Shown: one piece after another, positions 55,383 to 64,000 of the stretch
Position numbering within the stretch: the stretch's first letter is position 1
How the letters are laid out: each line of letters opens with the position of its first letter
Source of the DNA: Octopus vulgaris
Lineage: Eukaryota
Direction: 5' to 3'
Assembly (NCBI GenBank): GCA_951406725.2
Contig: OX597823.1
Span: 26,474,001-26,538,000, forward strand
DNA: 64,000 nucleotides
Translations under genes and position numbers: made by a program
The notes under the pieces: generated by a model
Told to the model about the DNA's origin: nothing
Database searches by the model: none
The model's input: the letters and a program-made list of their open reading frames with translations, nothing else

Positions 55383-55642
55383 TAAAAAGCCTTGGTATAA
55401 AGGATGGGCTACAACAAATATTCTGCTCAATACCACAGATTTTCTTGTCAGTTGCTTGACCATAACCAGTTGAGCATGTCCCTTAGTGGCTGACGATATG
55501 TGCATCTCTGATCATGAGCAGAAGTTGTGGGAGAGCATCATAGCCATGTGTTGAGAGGGATTCTTTGGGGTTTGAATAATTCACCTCTGGAAAGATGGGT
55601 GTTTCGTTCAACACTTTGATGGCATGCACTGCTCTTTCACTC
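54775..55642 (+). mobile_element. Non-coding retroposon ending in (AAT)n; copies 54775-55321, 55388-55642 (internally deleted) and 43398-43710 (5' truncated)
   Basis: Shared body TTTGGGGTTTGAATAATTCACCTCTGGAAA and shared 3' end ATGCACTGCTCT.TCACTC-(AAT)n. Confidence 0.8.
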
Positions 55643-55704
<62 letters not shown>

Positions 55705-56411
55705 TAATAATATCAATAATGATAATATAATAACTTCCCTCAGATACACCACCACAACAACACGTGCGTGAAAATGTAAACACATAGATTGCAATATTTC
55801 TATACAAAAACTGCAAATTTGAGTAAAATATTGGATTTAATACACATCAATAATAATTCTGAATACGAAAGAAACGTCAACACATGTCAATATGTCAATG
55901 AACGTTGTTCTGTCAAAAAGTAAATACTGTAAAAACGAAACCATTACAAAACCAGCCAAAGAACAATGGACTAGAACAGATTGAATTGCTTCTTTTTTAT
56001 TCAAAGAAGCGCTGTCAGCGGCCACTGGTAGTAGTAAACACATTTGACCTCTGCTGAACCGAAGGGGTGCGAAGACCCTTTTGTCTGTATGGCTGACCTC
56101 TCCACCAGCTGGCGAATCTATTTATAGGCCTGTAGAATATGATCTATTCACCAATCTGATGCCCAACTACAATGGTAGTGGTGGTGATGGTGATAATGAA
56201 AAAAAAAAATAGTGATAATATGCTGCAGCTGCTGATACTAAATAATACTAATACTACACTAATACTACAACTACTACTATTATGATAACAAGGGAATCTG
56301 AGGCCCAACTACCACCCTAACACTACCCCATCCCTGCTACTGTTGCTGTTACTGTTGCTGCAACCACTGCTACTACTACCCATAAAAACAATAACACCAG
56401 TGATATCAGTG

Positions 56412-56460
<49 letters not shown>

Positions 56461-56730
56461 AAGGAAACGGGTGGAGTCTACTTATGGGCTAATAATGATA
56501 CATCTAGTGATGGTGTCACAATAAAAACACTGGTAATTGCGCAACCTGATAATCGCTACCTCATATGAGGACAATGAAAAAACAAAATATTGTGAATAAC
56601 GGTGGGAACGAAACTGGAGCCAATGATGGTGACAGTGGTACACCCGGTAGGCTCAGAGATTCTGGTCCGGTTCCAGCCTGTCGATATCCAGAGAGGGACC
56701 ACCACACACAGCGTAAATGGAGCAAACAAA

Positions 56731-57486
56731 TTAATGCTATGCACGCCAGGAAAGAGATTAGTAAAAATCAGAGTTGGGCGGATACCACCAATGATAGAGC
56801 CTGAGTGGGTGATAGTGGGAATTTTTTGCCAAAGACTGCAGGAGGAAAACTCAGAACTGGAGATTCAGTTAGTGAGCAAGATCGAATGCTGGAATTTTTG
56901 GGGATTTGGTTTAGAAATTGTCGGAACTATAACCCCAGAGTATTATGAGAAAGTGCCAGAAGCAATAAAGCTGCGAACGGGAGAGAGGTTGGAGATAATA
57001 CTGACAGGAAGACCACCCAAATGTTACAAATGCAGCAAGAGAGGACATGAAATAAAAAATTGTATGGAGGAGTTATTAAGATACGCTGATATAGCTTTTA
57101 TGACACATAAAGAAAAACTAGCAGAGACAAAAAGCAGGAAAAGAGAAAGAAAGAAGTCTCCGACAACAGCAGAAGTAAAGAGGAGTAAAGGAATGGAGGA
57201 GGAAATGCAACAAAGAACAGAAAATGTTGAGGAACCATCAACAGAGATACCAGAAGGAGAGGTGGAATTACAGAGCAACGAGGAGGTTGAACGAAAGTGC
57301 CAAGAGTCGCATGATAAAGATACACAGAAGGAGGATGAGGAAGTACATTCGGATGAATGCACAGACAAGCAAGTATGCAAAAGCATACCGGCGAAAGAAC
57401 TACATCGGAGAGAAGTACTGGAACAGCATGGAAATGGAAAAAAGGAAGAAACTGGGAGGAAAACAAAAACAAGAAGTAAGACATAG
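56731..57486 (+). mobile_element. Gag/ORF1-like coding fragment with CCHC zinc knuckle (L1/Tx1-type ORF1)
   Basis: GKRLVKIRVGRIPP...GRPPKCYKCSKRGHEIKNC (CX2CX4HX4C) followed by a charged tail. Open to the stop at 57486 with no ORF2 behind it. Confidence 0.75.
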
Positions 57487-58299
57487 TGAGATAGGATGAA
57501 GAACGGTAAGTATATAAAATTGTGGAAAAAAACTACGACTGAACGAAAGCACATGGACATTGTAAATTATTGAAAACAAAAAGAAGAAATAATGAATTGA
57601 TGAACAAACAAGTATTTAAAATGTTTTTGTTGAAAAAAAAGGACACATATGAACGTTTATTTTAAAGGCGGGAAACGAAAGGAAAGGTCACGGTTTCGCA
57701 TTATAGCAGAACTAGAGGTGGTTTTAAGTTTAATTGAAAAGTGTATTTGTAAAGTTAATTGTAAAGTTAATCATAAAGTGTGTTTCTAAAGTTTAATTGT
57801 TTAGTTTAATCGTAAAGTGTAATTGTAAAGTGTAATTGTAAAGGTATTCACGTTTCGTCTCGCAGCGGGGGCGAGATGGCCGTCTCATTTGCATCATATT
57901 TATGTTCATTTCATTATCATTTTCCATTCGTTTTTATGTCCCCGCATGTCAGTTGATCAGGCCTTGTGCCTGTAATAAAGAGAAAAGCTGGTGATTACCA
58001 CTGGGTGTTGGTTGTGATTTCTTCGATGTGAGTTCAAATTGTTACACACTGATATTGTATGTTTGTTGTAGGTTTCCCCGCGCGGGTGAACCAGGATTCG
58101 TTGGATTGTGTAAATTATTGAATTTCAGTCACTGTTTCGTTTGCACTTGTATAATCCCCGTCTACGGGAGGAGGGAAGAAAGATGGATAATAGACAAAGT
58201 TACGCAGCTGCAACGACACAAGGAATAATACCAACACCCTAGAAGTGCAGGAAATAGAAATGGACATAAGGAAGAGAAAGGAAGGAAGAAAATAAAAAA

Positions 58300-58550
58300 A
58301 AAAGGAGGGAACCAGTCTAAAGCTGACTCCCCCAGAAGAACTGCATAGAAAGCATAGAGAAGAAGACGGTAGTATACAGAACGTTGTCTACGTCCTCGAA
58401 TAAGATAGAAGTAGCCCCAACAGAAGAAATAGAGGAATGCCTCGAAAATGTGAAAACATCGACCACGTTCTATACACGTGGAAAGAAGTATGGCTCAGTG
58501 GAAGTAAGGTTTGGCAACGAAGAAGATGCCATAAACCACTCCATAGAATC
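58300..58550 (+). mobile_element. N-terminal ORF1-like fragment, truncated by a Tc1 relic
   Basis: KTVVYRTL...TRGKKYGSVEVRFGNEEDA, an RRM-like segment typical of the region upstream of ORF1 zinc knuckles. Confidence 0.5.
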
Positions 58551-59707
58551 CACCATATTTTTTCAGTTCTTCATCATGGTACCAAGCTTTAATAACAACA
58601 CTGATTAGCTTCTGCATAGTCGAAAAGTCGTCTTTTTCGATTCTACATTTGATTATAGCCCATAGGTCTCCATTGGGATGGATGTCAACATTTCCAGGCC
58701 AATTGAGGACGCTTATTTCACTTTCTTTGAAGAGTGTGCGCATTTTTCTGGAAGTATGACGCAGAACGGGATCCTACTGGAAAATACTGTTTCCATTTGG
58801 AAAATCCCTTTGCATCGCGGGAGGCAAGTGAGCCTGTAGGATCGCCTTGTATTTATCGTTATTCATCATTCCCTCGACAATAATAAGCCGCCCTAGACCT
58901 TCAGCAGTAAAACGTCCCCAAAACAATACCTTAGGTACGTGTTGAATGTATCCTGGCCTCTGAGGCTCACCTTTGCTCCGTCTCACTACCACTGACTTGT
59001 AGCCATGCACTTCAAAATGCGATTCAGCCGAATATATCACCTTTCCCCAATCTTCTGCCTTCCATCCAGCATGATCGCATGCCCAGAGCAGACGTTTTCT
59101 CTTCATAACAGCAGTCAATAGATACATACTGGCTTTCTGGCAGGTTTGCCAGCTTCAAGGAGCTTTCATCGGACAGTTGAAGATGAAACATTTACACCCT
59201 CTGAAGCCAAATCTCTGAAGCCAGTTTTTACTGTTTTTCATTGGACCCTTTACGCTATTGCTGATCAAATCCTTACCATAGTAAGGTGTTGTCTTGCGTC
59301 GTCTTCCAAACCTTCCTCGGCGCAGTGTTGCTTGTACACCACTATCTCAGCTCTGTTCACAATTTTACCAACAGTTGACTTTGCCTCATTCATATTTTCA
59401 GCAATTTGATACTAAAATCAGCCATTTTTGCTTGTAGCTACAATACATGCACGTTTCTTAGGGGTGATATCCATCATGAATTTAAAGGTTAATAATGAAC
59501 GCACGCAGGAACAACAACACAGAACAAGCTCTAGTGTAGCACTGAAGGAAATGCTAGAGCGAAGCCACAACTGATTAGATGCCACATGTCGTCACTACAC
59601 TTATTCTGAACGAAAATCAACAAAAACTTCAATAGTTTAGTCACAGATTACGACGTATGAAAAAGTCACGAAAGTTGATCCTGTCCGGAAAAATTTGCAC
59701 ACTACTG
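58549..59707 (-). mobile_element. Tc1-family transposon relic, 3' truncated
   Basis: Minus-strand start MDITPKKRA at 59474, then WGKVIYSAESHF, VLFWG, IFQ*DP and NWPGNVDIHPNGDLWAIIK. Left terminus CAGTAGTGTGCAAA. Confidence 0.8.
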
Positions 59708-59747
59708 TCTTTCTGACTGTCAGTCTGCCTGCCTGCCTGTCTGTATA

Positions 59748-59778
<31 letters not shown>

Positions 59779-60084
59779 GCCTGTCTGTCCAAATAAGTAA
59801 GTATAAACCCCATTAATACACAAAACAGTGAAATGAAAGCGTAGTTTCATATTTTTGGTTATAACCTGTATGCAAATAATTGTTTGCTACTGTTTGTTGG
59901 TTAGCTTATCTGAGATTTTCAAAACATCAGATCGCTGTGAGTTCACACCTGTTTTGCCATTTTCACTTTGTGGACACAAGAAAAATATTTGTCATATGTA
60001 ATATTTGTATTTGGCCGGATATACTTTTCTTTAAGTAAACATTTCCGAAGGCTAAGGTGTGGTGGTAAGTGGTTTGAGAATAAA

Positions 60085-60090
60085 TATAAA
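60085..60090 (+). promoter_or_regulatory. Possible TATA box
   Basis: TATAAA about 75 nt upstream of the ATG at 60163. Weak evidence in AT-rich DNA. Confidence 0.25.
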
Positions 60091-60162
60091 GAATAATTAA
60101 GGACAATCCCGCGAAAACACACAGTTTGCCAAAACCTATTGTACGCAAGGTCACGAATTAAC

Positions 60163-60247
60163 ATGGCTGCAGCTCGCGATTATTTGCAATTATTCGCTTA
60201 TCTTTTGATATTTACGTCATGCTGTGGTATGCTGAAAGCAAGCGGTG
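60163..60247 (+). CDS. Probable first (signal peptide) exon of a downstream secreted or membrane protein
   Basis: AACATGG Kozak-like context, MAAARDYLQLFAYLLIFTSCCGMLKASG, strong donor G|GTAAGT. 85 nt, phase 1, in non-repetitive DNA. Confidence 0.65.
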
Positions 60248-60388
60248 GTAAGTACAAGCATTTTTACTTTTGTTCTTCTCTTCCCTACTACCGTTTGACT
60301 CCTTTGAGTTTATTAGGAATACACACACATATACACATATCTATGGAGACACACATATGTAGACATACACATATATAAAATAATAATG

Positions 60389-60515
<127 letters not shown>

Positions 60516-60998
60516 TGGCCGCAGTCAAGATAACTGAAACAAAAAATAAATGAATTATATACATGTATGTATGTATGTATGTATGTATGTATGTATGTAT
60601 GTATGTATGTATGTATGTATGTATGTATGTACGTCGTACGTACGTACGTACGTATGTATGTATGTTTGTATGTATGTATGTATGTATGTATGTATGTATG
60701 TATGTATGTATGTATGTATGTACGTACGTACGTACGTATGTATGTATGTATGTATGTATGTATGTATGTATGTATGTATGTATGTATGTATGTATGTATA
60801 TATATATGTATGTATGTCATTGTTCAGTTTTATTTCAAGATTTCTTGCCAACAGAGAAAGAGCTGGTTTCTAACCTAGATCCAAGGCACCTTCATTGAAA
60901 TTTCACATAAAAAATAGGGTATTTTTGTATGTATCTACATATATATTTCGAGTGTGGGCTACTAACCCCAAGATTCCGAGTTCGATTCCAAGCAGTTG

Positions 60999-61073
<75 letters not shown>

Positions 61074-61617
61074 CATCGAAAAATACATTAGGAATGAGAA
61101 CCCAAGAAATTTCCCCAAGACACCCGATAAAGGCTGGAGAGTATATCAGCCGAAACGTTGTGTTAACAACAAACAAGATGAGAACAAATACCCGTCAAAT
61201 GTAAATAATGTATATGTATATATGTATGTATATATGCATCTTTCTATCTATATACACACATACAAAAATATATACATGCATGAATGCATAAATACACACA
61301 CATATACATATGTATGTATATATGTAAATTCGAGTTAATAATTCTGTTAGAGAGGCGGAGAGAATAGCTTGCTATATCGCGTCTCTCTTTCTCTTTCTCT
61401 CTCTGGAAGAAGTCTGTTATGTTCGGACCTGGAGAGAGATGTGCTCGGCTAGGTTTAGAAAGGCACGCGGCACGCCACATATTAAGACGGCACCTGCTCT
61501 AATTTTCCTGGACACCAAGACACTTGAAAGGTAAGGAATGCATATATATGAGTATATGTACATATATAAATATACACATATATACATGCTTTTTACATAC
61601 AGCAGATCCTTCCCGAG

Positions 61618-62114
<497 letters not shown>

Positions 62115-62118
62115 AATA

Positions 62119-62225
<107 letters not shown>

Positions 62226-64000
62226 TAGAGCTGTGCGTAAGTCCGTTAACAATTTCGTTAATGATTTGATTTTTTAAAGTTAACTTTTGAAAATCATTAT
62301 CGGACATCCGTTACAGTTAGCTTCCTTTAACTCAAGTCCGTTAACCCCCAAAATTCATAAAACTCAGCAAACATTTAAAAGTTTCTATTGTTTTCAGATT
62401 GTCTTAGCATATTTAATATTGTACGCGCCACTCTTTCAACCCCAATATAACGCCTCCTATTTTTATAAATAACTTGTAGGACCTCGTTTGGCCCTACCTG
62501 GATTTGAAACCAAATCCATGCGCTTGTTGTTTGCAAAGACAGCGGGAAATTTCTTTGCCCTGTCAAAAGGGAATAGTGATTGATCCATGAACTCGCTGGG
62601 TCACAGAAAGTTCAAATGGACAGCAAGTGACCTACATTAGTATAAGCTATGCTTATAATGGTATATCCATCTTTCTAGCTGGAATGTAATTATTGCAAAT
62701 GCCAGCTTTCCGTATGCGAGAAATCAGAGAGAATCTTCACCGCCACAGTGTGAATAATTCTTGACCGCGGCAACGAGGTCGACAACCATAGCAGCCAGAA
62801 CTGGCTTTTCTTCCAGAAAGCCCAGAACTGGGAGAAATGCAAAATTAACAGAAGTGGATGCCTACATAAAATGGAAAAGGTAAATGGAAGGAAAAATGTT
62901 GGTAAATATTTCGATGTGAACGTAAATAGCTGTTACATGGTAGCATGGTATACTAGAAATAGCAGCCAAATCTTTCCTTTTCTGGAAAAAGGAGCCATTT
63001 ACGCGTGATTTCAAAGTCATATTCATTGAAAGGATGCAAAATAACCTGGAAAAGAAAAAAGGATGCGCGAAACAAAACTCCTTTGGTGGGAAACTTCGAG
63101 GTCCCCACCACCCCTCCCACCTTTCTTTTCCGGAAAAAGTGGCTTGTGGCGGCTTTGGAGGTCAGATACGTTGAATGCATCCGAAAACAACTGTGGAAAT
63201 ATTTACAGAAAGAATAAAATCTTGCACCGATCATACCTGTATTTTAATTAATTCAAACTTATCTTGAAAAGTGGCAATATTTTTGTCGGTTGCCATCTGG
63301 TATAATTTTAGTTACAAATCAAACAGGTAAGATACATTAAGAATTTCAATTTTTATCCATAATGTTATTGCTTTTACACCTGTTAATTAAATTTACATAC
63401 CCATAAAAGTCAAATTTACTCAGCAAGATCAGCTAAAATTACATAACTATAAACCAGTGGTATATAAAGCACCTACTGACAAAATTTCAAATCTGTATGT
63501 AAAAAATGTACAAAGTTACAAGCAAATATTGTGGACTCCCTCTTGAACCTGAATAATTCAAAATAACATGAACAAATATGCATTGCATTTGACAGATTAA
63601 TATGAACACTAAAGATGTTTTAGGTGAATTTTTTTCTTTTACACACACACACATAACACGGCCTTGCTCCGTTGGGACTACATGTGTGTTACTTTAACAT
63701 CATCATTCCATAAAATTTGTTTATCGGGAGAAAAATATTGAAAAATATCAATAGATGTGTGAGTGAAAAAGAAAAGAGGAGGGAGGTTTTGGGATGTGCT
63801 ATAAACAACAGTCAGATCTCCCTTAAATCCCACATTTTCCTCTGAAATTATTAACAATTTCTTTTTAAACCGAAAATGTTTCACCCAAGGGTTTTAAGTG
63901 CATAGTGAAAAAAAGAGGCAAAAAATCGCTTCGGACTGGGGTGGTGAGGGGGTGGCGGGAATGACAAAACATTTTTCAAAATGTTTTCTTTTTTCTCGTG

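Noticed and set aside
56602-57486. 294-aa ORF as a host gene
   Set aside because: Intronless, with a retroelement-type zinc knuckle, an apparently chimeric 5' part and a location among repeats.
62480-63230. GC-richer stretch as the next exon of the 60163 gene
   Set aside because: No SRCR or other domain motif and stops in the candidate frames. More likely a decayed retroelement.

Overview
AT-rich, microsatellite-saturated eukaryotic DNA. The SINE families and repeat landscape look like a cephalopod (Octopus-type) genome, which is an inference. Most ORF-track entries are microsatellite translation artefacts. One host gene can be assembled by hand on the + strand from six phase-compatible GT-AG exons (13161-13245, 22294-22435, 24881-25053, 26398-26448, 33976-34117, 42401-42710; 903 nt, 300 aa). 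It encodes a signal peptide, two group-A SRCR domains and a hydrophobic C-terminus resembling a GPI signal. A second probable signal-peptide exon at 60163-60247 may start a tandem paralog. The rest is mobile DNA: a non-autonomous Helitron, Tx1/L1-like, CR1-like and RTE-like LINE relics, Tc1 and mariner relics, Merlin-type MITEs with 8-bp TSDs and several tRNA-derived SINE families. The most notable unannotated signal is a set of more than 10 type-I hammerhead ribozyme motifs (CUGANGA-stem II-GAAAC-palindromic loop-GUH). They occur in several unrelated non-coding elements, mostly embedded in (TA)n, often in direct/inverted-repeat or fold-back arrangements, and include a tRNA-headed SINE with a hammerhead tail. 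Two intact motifs lie on the sense strand of an SRCR intron. Repeat boundaries are approximate unless termini or TSDs are quoted.
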